The notes below the pieces were generated by a model. The model saw only the letters and a list, made by a program, of their open reading frames with translations. It was not told the origin of the DNA and searched no databases. The position numbers were made by a program, and so were the translations under genes. Below are positions 27,298 to 42,503 of a stretch of DNA of 64,000 nucleotides, one piece after another. How positions within the stretch are numbered: the stretch's first letter is position 1; the number at the start of each line of letters is the position of its first letter. The DNA comes from Lama glama (taxonomy: Eukaryota), in contig CM052816.1 of assembly GCA_028534125.1 (NCBI GenBank), positions 75,704,001 to 75,768,000 of the forward strand, in the 5' to 3' direction.

Positions 27298-27525
27298 CAG
27301 TCATCCCTCAGTATCTGTGGGGGATTAGTTCCAGGAGCCCCTGAGGATACCAAAATCTATAGTTGCTCATGTCCTTTATATTAAGTAACATAGGATAGTT
27401 AGTTGGTCCTCCATATCCTCAGGTTCTGCATCCAGAGATAAGGAGGAGGAATATTTATTTACTGAAAAAAATCCTGTAAGTGGACCCTCATGGTTTAAAC
27501 CCATGTTGTTCAAGTCTCTGTTGTA
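27298..27525. mobile_element. TcMar-Tigger MITE (MER2/MER8-like)
   Basis: CAGTCATCCCTCAGTATCTGTGGGGATTAGTTCCAGGAGCCCC start and AAGTGGACCC...AAACCCATGTTGTTCAAG end. Confidence 0.6.
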
Positions 27526-30500
27526 CTTTTTGAGTAACTTTTCAATTGGTTTGATAGAATGAATAAAATGTCTTCTTGGTATCTTATCTTAAAACATTGA
27601 AATTGATAGGAGGCAGGTTTTTGGTCGACTGGATTTATTTCCTCATGCGAGATAAAGTGACAGTAGCAGTGCCTGGCACATAGTAGGTGCTCCAGGTACT
27701 CAATAACTATTTCTTATATTAATGAATGAGTTTTTATAATAACTCTTATTCTAAATGGAGGATTCAGTCTATTCTTTTCAACACCGTAAGACTATAAATT
27801 AAGGATTCCTCTGATATGTTCAACTTCTGTTTATGTTTTATTAAAAGGGTATTTATATTTGTATTATTATACCATGTAATAGTCTTTTGATGATTATCTC
27901 TTTAAAAATATCACATTTCACTTACCATTTTTGGAAAAGGCACAACTTTTTGAGACAGACCCGGGTTTATATTTTGGCTGTGTCCGTCACTAGCTGCGTA
28001 ACTTTGAGCCAGTATTTCATCTTCCTGTGCCTCAGTTACTTGTTGCTAATAATATCGGTCTTCCAGGGTTGGTGTTTGGGTACAAAGTGTTATGTTATGA
28101 TTAACTAGTGAGTTGTATAACTTAATTGTGTTACATATTATAAATCAACCAGATTTATAATTTTAAAATAGTAATCATTTAAAAAATCTGATTTAAACTT
28201 AAGTCAGATGAACCTGTTTTTACCTCTGCTCTTCTGTGACCGAGTAAGTGTTTTTACAGTTTTTGGGTAGTAGGTGAAAACGCTGTATAGGACTTGGCGC
28301 TATGTGTATGTATGTCTAGCAATATTCTGTTGAAAATTAACCAAAGTCAGGAAATGGGTTGAACTTTGGAAGCTAGAAATATCTGGTGTTGACGGGGTAG
28401 GGGAGGATGGAGCAGGTTAGTGGGATTGAAGTTTATGGGGATGGAAGCTAGATATATAGAAATTACAGCTGTTATTTATTTATTTATTTAGTACTGATGT
28501 GCCTGGACAAGGGCATGCTACTGAATCTAAGTGGATAAAGGGCACAAATCAAAGAGCTGAGATAAAACTGGCTATACAGGATTAAACTAGAAAACACAGG
28601 ACTGATTAGATAGGAATAGGGGACAGATTTGGGAGCAATGGAGAATAAATAACCCTAAATAGTAATAGCCACCATTTATTTATCCAGCACTCGCTGTGCC
28701 GGGCACAATGGAAATTGCTTTACAAACCCTACTTCATGTCACCCTTACGGAATATTTGGTATTCTTATTTTAAATAGAAGGATGAAGTAATTTAACTTGC
28801 CCACGTCAAACATTTAGTAAGTACCTTTATGCGGGAACAAAGCCCAGGTCAGTGTGACTGCGAAGTCTCTGCTTTGTACACAGATTTCCTTCTCATGTGG
28901 AGGTGGAATTGGGTGCTCAGCCCTAATCCAGGAAGAGGTGAATCTGCTAACATCTATTATTTTTTTCTTCCATTTGGAAATTTTTTTAATTGAAAAGATA
29001 TAAATAAGTAAGTAAAATTTGAAAACAGATCAATGTAGAATAACTATTTTAGCACATTATCATTTTTATGTAAATATTTTTGTGTAGCTGGAAAATGTAG
29101 AATGCATATACAATTTTTGTTTGCTATTTTCATGTTTATGAGAACACTTCCCATAGTCTTCCTCTCAGACTCTTATGTTGGAATGACAATGTATTAAACT
29201 GTTCTCTGAAATTGGTCATTTAAGTTAACTGCAGTATTTTTCTTACATTAGACACTATAATAAACATTTTTATGCACATCATTCATCTACTTAATTCTAA
29301 GTTAAATTATGAGTAGGGGAACTACACATTTTTTAAAAAATGAAATATTACCCTTAGTACTATTGCAGGACATGAATTGCCTTTTTATTGCCCTAAGATG
29401 TTCTGTTGGTATACCCAGCCATGAAAAAGGAATTAGTATCCTAATTTTCCATTAAAAACCAAACTGATCATGTACCCTGCCTGTTTACTTAAGTTGTAAT
29501 GTGTATGTGTGGGTATGTGTGAGAATTTGAATGATCTCTTTACAGTTGCTGTCACGATACCTTCCTTCCCCCATCACTGTCTTGATTTTTATTTGAATAT
29601 TTATATAATTACACTTTTGGGATTTCTTCCACCTTTTCAAAACTGGAAAAGTTATGCCTCTGTACTTCTAATTAATTTATAATTTGATGAAATGCTCAAG
29701 TATTAGAGGAAAGTCAAGCTATACCATGATTGGTAATTGATTTCATTCTGTCTGTTCTGCCTTTTTAATTTTTTGGTGGGAGGGCTTCTATTATTTATAG
29801 GTGGAATGATACTCTACTCCTTACTATTCATGAGTTGAATTTTACTTGATTCTCTGCGCCTTGTCTATCACCTTCCCTCCTATTCTGCTAATTTCTTCCA
29901 AACTTTTTGGTATGTGTTCCATAAAATTCTCTGTCACATTTCTGCTGCAACTTACTGCTTTCTAAGTGGTTTCAGTTCTGTTCTAAAATTTGTCTTACTC
30001 TCTCTTATTTCATAACCGCTGTATTTTATCACTATAAAATAATCATTCTCATGAACCAGAATATAAAAGATTCAAGGGAATATGGATAGAAGTGTGTCTA
30101 GCATGAGGGAGTTTTTTGGAATGATGGAATTATTCTGTATCTGATTATAATGGTGGTTACGCCAACTTCTACATATGTTAAAATCCATAGAATTGCCCAC
30201 CAAAAGAAAAAAGTTCAATTTGTAAATGTGATAGATTAAAAAATGGAAAGTAAATTAAGATCATTTATAAGTACAAAAGGGTAGAGGGCCAAAAAGGAAG
30301 TCTCTTTCTCTCTTCCTTAGCCTTCCAGCTTTCCTTTCTGGAGGAAACCACTCTTAACTAGCTTCTTACGTAGTCTCCCGTTTAGTCACTCTTAAACATC
30401 CAGACATTCAGGGGTAAATCAGGAAGAATGGAAAGGAACTTAGAATTTCTCAAGTGTTTTCAGAGAACGCTAAGACTACTACTCTTAGAATAGTTATAAA

Positions 30501-30527
30501 TATGTTATTAATCAAACCTGGCACTAA

Positions 30528-30695
<168 letters not shown>

Positions 30696-31299
30696 TAAGA
30701 TCCAATTATATTTAATATAGTCATATCATTTATTCATCATTTTTGTTCACGTGCTTAATCTAACAAGTGAGACAGATGAGTGACGTTTCTTAGTCAGTTC
30801 CTGAGGATTTTAAAATTTCTTCCTGTTCATGTATTTCTCTAACCCCATTCATGGTCGCTTAAGCCTGTGTTCATGTTTTGCCCTTGTGCTTATCAGCTGT
30901 CATTCTTTCGCATTCTCTCTTACCTTCTGGATTGATGCCCTTCCAATAGGTAACTTTCAGTGCCCCTGTTGCTGTAGAACCAACAATGATTTGGTGGTAA
31001 CAACTCTTGACCTCCCAGTTTCCACATGATGTCAGTTAGCCTCACTAGAGACAACGCAGTAGAAAGGGATCCCCTCTACACTGCTTATATCTGATAAAAC
31101 AAATCACAAATAATAGAATTTCAGAAATACAACCTTTCAAAATGCCGTAATAGTACTGTTGTTTCACAGTTGCCAATTGTAGGGTCTACAGATAACTTAT
31201 TTACTGCTCAGCTTTATTATGCAGGCATAAATTTAAACCAGTTAGGTTTCTGTACTGAACTGGCTGATTCAAAATTTGTTTCAACTCTCACCTCTTCTC

Positions 31300-32316
31300 A
31301 TTTGTTGAGGTGCCATGGTTTTAAATACCATCTTTATGCTGATGACCCTTAAATATACATCTCCTGCTTTTGAAACCTCTTCACGGAACTCCAGACTCAT
31401 ATGCCCACTGTCTATTTTACATCTCCATTTGGATGTGTACGAGGCGTGTGAAACTTGACATGGCCAGAACTGAACTCCTTATTAACCTCCCACGCCTCGT
31501 CTTCCAGTCTTCACCTTCTCAGTTAACATCCAGTTCCTCAGGGTGAACTGTCCTTAACTTTCCTATTTCTCTCACTCCCTACCCTCCATTCCATCTCTTC
31601 CTTTAAAAATGTATCTAGGATCTGAGTGTTTCTCAGTTCCTTTGTTGTCATCAGCCCAGCGTGAGCCCCCTTCATCTCTCTCATGGACTGCTGCATTAGC
31701 CCCCTGCTCCCACCGCATTGCCCACGGTCAGTTCTTCACACTGCTGCTGTAAATCAAAGTCACCCTTTTAATCGGCCAGATCGCATGACTACTTTGCGTA
31801 AAACCTTCAATAGCTTTCTTTCTCCCGTAGAGTAAAAGCCAAAACCTCATCATGGCTTCGTCAGGTTCTGTGTCCTCTGATCTCGTTACCTTTTTGACTC
31901 CATGTCCTGTTTCTCTCTCCCTGCTCACTCTGCTTTAGCCTTCTTACCATTGCTCAGACAGGCCAGGCAGGCTTCCACCTGGGGGGCCTTCGCATCTGCC
32001 TGGTTGACCTTTTTCCTAGAAAATGGCATAGTTTGTTCCCTTATTTCCATCAGGCTCTGCTCAAGTGCTACTTAATCAGAGAGGCCTTCCTTGAACACTC
32101 TGTATTAAAGATTCCCATTAGTTTGCTTTGTTTCTCTTCAAATCATGTTCCACCACCTGAGATACTGCTTTTTTATTTAGTGTCTGTTTCCTGGCTCCTG
32201 GAACATGAACTCTATGAGAGCAAAGAATCTGTTTCATTCCCTGTAATTTTCCCAGCTCCTAGCACAGTGCCTGGTATATTTTAGGCGCTTGGTCAATATT
32301 TATTGAATGAATGAAT
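31300..32316 (+). mobile_element. L2 LINE 3' portion, degenerate
   Basis: CATCTTTATGCTGATGAC, CTCCAGACTCATAT, and typical 3' end AGCACAGTGCCTGG...TATTTATTGAATGAATGAA. Confidence 0.75.
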
Positions 32317-32338
32317 ATACATGTTTTAATACTGGTAG

Positions 32339-32506
<168 letters not shown>

Positions 32507-32579
32507 TAGTATCAGAATATCAGAAGGCAGTTTTGTTAAGAGGTCTATTTAACAACCAGTTCCCTTAGTCATATTTGCC

Positions 32580-32750
32580 TAGAAATACAGACTACTTAGA
32601 GCAAGGAAGGATCCTAAAGATTATCTCCTTAGCCTTCTTACACAGATAGGGAAACTGAGACTCATAGTTGATATATTTGCTCAAGGTCACATGATTTACT
32701 AGTGACAGAATTGGACTGAGACCCCAGAACTCATGATCTTCAGACTTAAC
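32580..32750 (-). mobile_element. MIR SINE
   Basis: MIR core ACAGATAGGGAAACTGAGACTCA...TTGCTCAAGGTCACATG...TAGTGACAGAATTGGACT. Confidence 0.65.
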
Positions 32751-32892
32751 TTCTGGAGCATACAGATACTTTTAATATATATCTTAAAGTATATATTTAA
32801 TCCTTATGAAATATATTCTTAAATACTTAAAGATCTAGGCCTTGTTAGTCAACCCTAGCCACATTTAAATTGCATTCATTTTTTGGTTTCAG

Positions 32893-32937
32893 AAATCTGA
32901 TGTACCTGGAATAGTAAGAACAGGCTCCATGAAGGAG
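32893..32937 (+). CDS. PRKAA1: PRKAA1 alternative 45-nt in-frame cassette exon (long isoform, 574 aa)
   Basis: ttttggtttcag|AAA TCT GAT GTA CCT GGA ATA GTA AGA ACA GGC TCC ATG AAG GAG|gtagga = KSDVPGIVRTGSMKE, phase 0/0. Resembles the 15-aa insert of the human long isoform (recalled). Confidence 0.8.
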
Positions 32938-35730
32938 GTAGGAATTAGACTTAAAGAATTTAGAGTTGGAAGGAACTTTAGAAGACATTTTGAATAGTAT
33001 CTTAAGTTACAGATACAAAAACTGAACACTGCCCCTCGCCCATCCTTTTCTGAACACCCAGAGTACATGGTATGCACACCTCTTTCTGGAAGAGCTGTGT
33101 TGAGCACTGAGAAGCCAGTTTTTTTCCCTCCCAATCTATAGTTCTTTATATCATACATTCATTTGTTCTGTATAGCATATCTGTTTCCTTTCATCAAAAT
33201 CAAAATCATTAACCAAGTTACTTTTGATTTTACCATTTCTCAGTGTGGTTCATCTCAGTGTCAGGTATTCCTCGTGTTTTCACTCCCCACGTCCTCCCCA
33301 CCCTCTTCCCTGCCCCAGTGTTCTGTCTAGAAAAAGGAGAGCAGGCACAGGTTGAATTGGTATCTTGCTTTCTTATCTTTTCCCTTCCATTTTTCATGTC
33401 TTGATCATTTTACTTTACATGATGGGAGTTTTCTTCAGTTTTGCCTGTTGCATATTAAAATTGCAGCTTTCATTTTCTATTCAAAGGTCTTTTTTCTTGT
33501 TTTCTGAAATTGTCTTTAAAATAGCTTATTATTTTGTTCCACGGAGATAACAAACTTATCTGAGGATGACAATTCGTTTTTTAAAAAAAGTTTTCTTCTG
33601 TTTCCTTCATTGCTTCTGTACCTTCCGTGCTCCCTGCTCCCTGTTTTTTCTGTTCATTTTATTGGTCTTTGTCTTTTGTGCATGGCTCTTGCTCAGCTGT
33701 CTGGTGATTTTGGGTTGTCCACTCATTTGAGAGATACTAAATGCCAAGCTCACGTGGATGGAACTTATGGATTGGTGGGCCTTCCCATAGGTCGAATAGG
33801 CAGGGACCTGTCCGTTTTATTAGGGAACACCAAATGTCAGTAATTACAGGTATTTTTCCTTGGATCAGATAGTTGCTCCAGAAGAAACCTGCAGTTTCCT
33901 TGAGGGTATTAGCTTAGGTGCCAGCACTCTGGGGACTAAATGGGAGAAAGGCCCACAAACCTCATTGGTTAGTATGTTGACTTTCACTTAATCCCCACAT
34001 TTTCCTTCTGGTGCCTCATTCCTACTTTGGTGTCCTGGAGAACAGAGCTGGTTCAGCCTTACTAAAGAGTAAATCATGGGTCTTACTCCCCAATAAGGGT
34101 GAGCTTAAAACTTCCTTTTCAACCACTTGTCCTGTTTTCAGCCTACTTCTCACTTCTACCTTCAGAAGTTCCCAGCACTTCCCATATCTAAGCCCTTCCA
34201 GGAGTTTGTGTGTGGACGAGTTTTATTGCTGGTTTCCACCCCTACAGGCTTAGGTTTCAGCTTTCTGTGGTTCGCCAAGTCTCATCAATGTTCATCTACT
34301 CTCTAGCTTAGTGACTCCTTGATTTCTGTTCTCTCTTCTCTTGCTCTTTTGTCTTTACATGCTGTCATTTTAGTGATACTTAAAGGAGTGGGGACAAAAG
34401 ATTCCATCTGCCATGTTTAAAGGAAAATATGCTTTGACTTTTCTAATCTTTCTCTGTAGACTTCCCCTTTTTGATCCTTTGTACTGTACTTATTATTAAT
34501 ATAATTTTCATTTTTTGTAGCCTGTCTAGTTACTTTACCTCTTGTATTTTGTATAATCAAATGTTTTTCACTTTCACATTTAGAACACATTCTTTTTTTC
34601 ATTTACTATGTTTAATATAAAGTTGTATTAAAAAATGAACCTACATTTCTTCTAGAAATAAAGGTGTTAGATTGCTAATGTGTTATTTTTTCTAGAGGGA
34701 GGGTATCTCTTGGTATTTTGATAGTTTTAGTTTTGCTTTCAAAAGAAATTACTGGTTTATCTTCCAGATTATCCATGCCATTTAAGGTTGGAGAGTCTGA
34801 TTTTAGAACCCTAATTTGTGACCTCTGTTAGAGAACTGCAAGTTTAGAGTCCTTTGCCTAGAGGAGTAATAGCTCCTTTATTAAATATGACTTCTTGGGA
34901 GCAGGTATATCCAAATAATGGTTTTTACTTATGGAAAAAATATAAAATAAAGTATGGATAAATGGAAAGAGAAACTTTTGAAGAATATTTTAAAAACACA
35001 ATTACAGCATAAGATAAAATTTTTTCAGTAAGCAAAGATAAATGCTGTTATATTTTATAAAGTGAATGAATTAAGGCTTTTCTTTCATTAAATTAAAACA
35101 TCTTTTATTTCAGGATATATGATAACATGGTGGCTTGCTAATTCATTAACAATGCTTAAATGTTGCTTCCTCATATAGTCCAAAACCGTATTCCCCGCTT
35201 CAGCATAACTCTCTGTACCCTTATCCTGCTTTATTTTTCTTCAAAACACTAGCACTACTTATATTTATTTGTTTTTTATATATTTTCTTTAGATTAGGGC
35301 CTTTGTTTTATTCATTGCTAGATCATGAGTGTCTAAAACAGTGCATGGCACATTAAAGGTGTTCAATAAATATTTGTTTAAGGAATCAAGGATTAAACAT
35401 TTCCAGTTTATAGGAGAAAACATGTCTAGTTTCAAGTAGAAATTGAAATTATTTGAAATAGCACATGAGAGTTAGATGAAAGCAAGCTGTTAGAATGTAG
35501 TCAAGAGACTGATGATATTAGGAAGCTGAGTTACTGGTTTGAGCTGTAAGGTCCTCCTAGCATTTCCATTTTGCATTGCCTATATCTTCTCCCCATTTCA
35601 AAAGTATCTCGTGAGTGAGGTTCGTTTGGAAGGTTTCATGCATTTTCACAGTTATATAGGTCGGAGAATTATAGGTAGAATCATTTCTTTTGAAAGACAC
35701 ACTTTTCAGATGCCTCTCTACTTTTCTTAG

Positions 35731-35913
<183 letters not shown>

Positions 35914-36841
35914 TAATAAACATCAGTAGCATTCTTCAGATAACTTTTACTTTTATATAATAGACTGAGTATCCTAAAGTGGTATATCTTCACCATTTGT
36001 CTGAACACACAAAAAGGAATAAAAATAAAGAATACTCTTTTCTTAGCTTTATGTCTTAAAAATTGAATTTTATGACATTAGGTAAACAATTTAAATTGGC
36101 AGCATTAGAGACATCATTTGAAAAGAGACTATTATTTGTGAAGGAGAAGTTAGCAACCTATTTCCAGTGTGTTCTTTTGATCAAGTATGGAGCAAGAGGA
36201 GAGAGACAGAGAGACTGGGATGGAGTTATTCATACTTTGAAAGCCAGAAGGTAAATTATATGAACAAAATTATTTTAAAAAATAAAATATTTTAAATGAT
36301 AGAAAAGCATAACTTCAGCTCGAGGAAAATTTAATGAATTTATTTCCTATATAAATTGCCATTGACATTATTAAACCTAAGAGAAAAGTGAATCTCTAAA
36401 ACTCTCTTTGCTTAGTTTCAGTTAAAATCAGAGGAGATATTTTTGAATTATATTTCCTTAGTTTTGTATATGTATATATGTTTTTTAACCTATAGAGTTT
36501 CACTAAATAATGCCAAATAACTCTGAGCTACTGGGCTTTTTGTTGTTGTTACCTGACTAAATTATTTGACTTCCTTATTCTTTAATTGTCATTATTTTTA
36601 TACATTGCAGTTTTGAGGAGGCAGAGGTTTTTTTGGAGTAAAATTATGAAGGAACTTTGATATTCAAAATTAATGGGTTTTTTTAAAGAATCAGAACAGG
36701 GGTTAATAGAAACTTTCCATTTTAATTCTGCTACTCCTCTGTCCTCCATTTTTTTCCCTAGTAGTCTATGTTAATAAAACTTAACAAGCCAAGTTTATTC
36801 TAGTAAGTAAAATAACAAGTAGCTTAATATGTACTCATTGT

Positions 36842-36964
36842 GGGGGAGGGTATAGCCCAGTGGTAGAGCGCATACTTAGCATGCCCAAGATCCTGGGTTC
36901 AATCCTCAGTACCTCCATCAAATAAGTAAACCTAATTACTTCTTCCCTCAAAAAAAAAAAAAAA
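36842..36964 (+). mobile_element. tRNA-Ala-derived SINE (Vic-1-like)
   Basis: GGGGGAGGGTATAGCCCAGTGGTAGAGCG...GGTTCAATCCTCAGTACCTCC...poly(A); imperfect TSD TATGTACTCATT / TACGTATTCATT. Confidence 0.9.
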
Positions 36965-37094
36965 GTACGTATTCATTACACTCCAACAATGCACTAAATT
37001 TAAAAGTTGAAACAGATTACAACTGTTTTCCAGAAATAAAAGATTTTTGAACAGTGAAGACTATAGGACTCTGTTGAAGCAAAGAACAAAATGA

Positions 37095-37286
<192 letters not shown>

Positions 37287-37690
37287 TAGTATTTGACCTC
37301 TCCCTCACCAGTATATTTGTAATTGTCTTTTTCTCCTACATTTTGTTAGTCTATAGTATCATATTCAATTCTAATGAAAGGAAAGAAATTTAAGGTTTAT
37401 TCTTTTCTTATCCAGAAAGTATTCTGTTTTAAGAATAAAACATAAGTGAATAAGGATTAAGGACTCCATTTATAGGGGAGAATGTTGGTTTGCAAGTCAA
37501 CATTATATTTGTTAGATGAGAGTACTTTCATTTTTTCCCCAGTGAAAGAAACTGAAGGTTTAAAACTAGTGAGTCTTAAAGATAAGCAAGACATTAAAAA
37601 CTTGAATAATACAGAAATATCTAGTAGTTAGAAATGGTTTACTATTTACTTAGATGACAAATTAAAATGTAATGTGTAGCTTTAATTTTT

Positions 37691-37870
37691 TTTTAGTTTT
37701 TAAAAATTTATTGTATTATTTTAAAATTATTATTATATTATTATTTTTGTCAGGGGGGAGGTAACTAGGTTTTATTGTTTATTTAGTATTGGAGGGGGTA
37801 CTGGGGATTGAACCCAGGACCTTGAGCATGCTAAGCATATGCTCTACCACTTGAGCTATCCCCTCCCCCC
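37691..37870 (-). mobile_element. tRNA-Ala-derived SINE (Vic-1-like)
   Basis: GGTACTGGGGATTGAACCCAGGACC...GCTCTACCACTTGAGCTATCCCCTCCCCCC with T-rich tail to the left; TSD TTTAATTTTT at 37681-37690 and 37871-37880. Confidence 0.9.
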
Positions 37871-39169
37871 TTTAATTTTTCAAATAGATGGAATTTTGTA
37901 GTAGCTTTAGCTTTTATGATAGGGGGTCTTGGGGAACTGGACTGAAGTACTGATAAAATCTTCAGATATCATTTATTTTGAATTTTCATTCTCTGAATCT
38001 TCTAGAGACTGAAATATTATAAGAATTTTAATCTCTCAGTTTACTAACCACCAGCATTGAGAACATGAGGATCTTTGGACAGGGCAGCTTTTTTAATAGT
38101 TTAGATGACAGGAAAATTTAATTTTTTTCAAGAGTAATTGTTCTTCACCATACCACTGAAATTGAAAACAGAGAGGCTAAAGTTTGTTTACTAGTTTTTT
38201 ATAATTAACTTTTAATAACTTTTCATTCAAACCATGTTTATTTGAATGCTTTACATCCTGATTAATTCATAATGCAGAAATATTGTATTTTTTTTTTTAC
38301 TGTTTTCATAAGCTTGCTTGCCTAGACTGCTCAGAGAAATTATATTTGTGTTAAGACATGGCTATGAGTAAGGCAGAAATATCTAATTTTAGATTTATCA
38401 AGGTTCATCATTTTTTTATATTAACATAATGTTTAAATTATTTCATATGAGTTGTCTAAATTATTTTGGTAAGAAAACAATTCAGGACCTGGATGCTGGG
38501 GGCAATGTTAATTAAATAAATAAAAAGAAATGTAATTATGCATTACATGCCATGGACCATTACTGGAGTCTAATTTTCCCAGTTTGGATAAAGTCTTTCT
38601 GTGAGGTCTAAAATATGGAAACTTTACTTTCAAAACAGTATTTATTGATCAGTTCAACAGTTCATTTGACCAATTGAAAGAAATCCTTTCCCTGAAGCCA
38701 GACTTTGACTTAGTTATCTAACTAGTCTGCAGTTAGTTAAGTCAGTAGTCTACAGGGTATTGCAAATAAGAGTTTAAAATCTTCTGTGAATCAGTTAGCT
38801 GGACTTCCTTCTACCACCTCTGACCCTTTTGACTTTGGTATGAGGTCTTGGGTTACTGGGGGGAGTGGCTTTAGAGTCATCAGTAAGGAACATTCTCTGC
38901 TGATGAAAGATCATTTAATTTCTCTGTAAGGAAAAAAACAATGGTTTTAAATTCAGTAATGATATGTTTGTTCAAAGTTTGGCCCTATTGGTTGGATATC
39001 ATGATGACCTTTGTAAGATAGTGAGAAGAAGATTTTAGCTAAAATCTGTACCTTAAAAAAAATTCTTAATTTTTGCTTTTAAAGATAATGATAGAATTAG
39101 TACAGAATCTTTATGTATAGTATGCAGTGGTGACTTATAGAAACCATTGGTTGACTCTTGAGTTGCTAA

Positions 39170-39457
<288 letters not shown>

Positions 39458-41235
39458 TGATAGTATCAATGATATAAATTAAGTGAAAGAAAAAGTTGCA
39501 GGACAGTACGTACAATGTAATCCTGTTTTTATGTTAAGGATAGTATATAGACTCATTTGTTTATTTTATTATGATATTTAAAAATACACACCAAGCTGGC
39601 CACCTCAGGGGAGTAAGATTGGTAGGTGGGAGGGCTTTAACGTTTTACTTAGGCTTCTTTATTGGTTCTGAAATTCTAACAATGAACATTTCATAACTTT
39701 TTAAATTACAAAAAAAAGCTAATGAAAAATAAAAAGGACCCTGGTGGGGTATTAGATTTGGTAGTGATTCTTTAAGATTTTAAATAGTATGCTTCATGTT
39801 TGACTTTTACATATTCTCATGGGGATTAATACTTTGAGGAGTAAATTTTTGTATTGTTATTTGAGTTCTGATCTCATGAATTACTGTATTTTTTTCCCTT
39901 TTATTTTAAAGAATGAGAAAACTTAAATGCAATCAGTGACACTTTTTTGGGGGCAGTAATACACATTGAATTTCATATGAAATTGCTTTTTTGTAAGTTA
40001 AAAAAAATTCAATATTGCCAGTTTCATATGATTCAACCTAATAGTTTAAATAAGGCAAAAGTGATGATGACAAATTCCCTTCTCAAATTTGGGGGAGCCA
40101 CTTCTGATGAAGATTTTTAAAAATCACTGCAAACTTTGTTTCTTCTGCCATCATTTCCACTTCTTTTTTCCTTATGGAAATTTGTCTTGGTTTTCTAATG
40201 GCTAGACAGCATATTTCTCTGAGATGGAGGGAGAAGAGACAAAGAAATCAGATGTATGTCTGGGAGTAGTAAAGAAGAAAGCATTAGGGTAATGAGGAAG
40301 AAGGAAAGATCATAAGTAGAACTTAAAGCTTGATTCCTTCTCATTTACTCCATATGCTGTAGACTCGCTAAGAAAGAGACCATGAATGGCAGGGCATGAT
40401 TTTACCACTAGAGGAGAGGGATGAATCATTCTCTAAAATTTGTATTTTAAAATATCTCAGCGAGAGATGCTTTTTCTTGTGTTTTACATATTTTTTCCAA
40501 TTTAAATGAAATATGTGGCAATTGAAAAAGACTTAGAAAACACCAAAACATTAGAAAAGAGAATTACAATTCCATCACCCAGAAGATAATTATTGTTCTT
40601 TTGGGTGTTTTCCTTACTTGATGTTTTTAGCTTCAGCTTATTTTTTAATGTAGTTCAGGTCAAAAATATCCTTTTATGTATGACTTTTTCTGTAAGGTTT
40701 TACTATTAAACTTTTATATATGAAGTTAAGAAATTCTCAGTTCCTTCATTTAACATAAGGGGATATTATTTTCATAGAGTTGTTTGAAAATGAGGTGAGA
40801 TAATGTTTATGATGGGTTTAGCTTAAAATCTGCCACATAGTAAGCACTCAGTAATAGCCATTTTTGTTGTTGCATTATTTTTTCACTTAACATTATATCC
40901 AAAGAGTATTATAATGAAACCACAGACTTATGTTCTCTTTCTGAGCTGGAAGTAAGATGGCCTTTGCCATTTGTTTGTCATTGCCATTTGTTCCAAAGCT
41001 TTGAATAAGTGTAGACACTTCCTTTTCCGGTTGCTACAGCAGGGTTTTCTCCCTCATACAATCAGAGGAAGGCTGTAGCATTTCTCCCAGTATATACAAT
41101 GAAATGTGACCCAGAAGAGGAAAATCTCAGTTAAAAAAAATGGTAATACAGTATAAGTCTCAATATAAATGAATTCATACCCTAAATTCCCCAAACTGTT
41201 ACTTTCAGTCTCACCTCCACTCAAAATCCTTCTGA

Positions 41236-41769
<534 letters not shown>

Positions 41770-41854
41770 TAGCATACATGACAAACCTGTAGTCTATAAA
41801 ATGTTTTTAAAAAGAATTGCTTTTGACTTTGTTTTTGTCCATAACATATGCTAG

Positions 41855-42016
<162 letters not shown>

Positions 42017-42384
42017 TAGACCTTGTTACCCAATTTGGCGTTTTAGTAAATCTTTGTTTCTTTTGAAGCTTCTAGAATAGTTCTAGTAATTCAATAGCAA
42101 AAGAACATAAAATGTGAGGTTTTGTGCCTTTGTGTTATCAACATCTGTGAATATTGTTAATAGTGTTTTGTCATTTGAAGATTATCCTGTTTTAAAATCC
42201 TTAAAGCCTGATCAGTCTGATCCTAAAGCGATAGTTTCTGCTACATTTTTGTTGTTCAGTATAGTTCATTTTGGTAAGATGAAATGTTTTATTTAGAAAT
42301 AAATGTTGACTTTTCTGTTAGTTTTTATTACTAAACTTAAAAAATCTGATATCTAGTAAAATTCATTTAAGAATTACAGAACAA

Positions 42385-42503
42385 GGGGGAGGGTATTGCT
42401 CAAGTGGTAGAGCACATGCTCAGTATGCATGAGGTCCTGGGTTCAATCCCTAGTACCTCCTTTAAGAATGAATAAATAAGTAACCTAATTACCGTCCCTC
42501 ATC
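42385..42503 (+). mobile_element. tRNA-Ala-derived SINE (Vic-1-like)
   Basis: GGGGGAGGGTATTGCTCAAGTGGTAGAGC...GGTTCAATCCCTAGTACCTCC; imperfect TSD AAGAATTACAGAACA / AAGAATTAAAGAATA. Confidence 0.9.

Noticed and set aside
28137..28161. 10-bp perfect hairpin ATTATAAATC-aacca-GATTTATAAT (and a 9-bp stem at 26193-26217)
   Set aside because: Too short for a pre-miRNA and plausible by chance in 64 kb of AT-rich DNA.
36842..36916. tRNA-like heads of this and the other seven SINE copies as functional tRNA-Ala genes
   Set aside because: Mismatched stems, shared non-tRNA tails, A-rich ends and TSDs identify them as SINEs.
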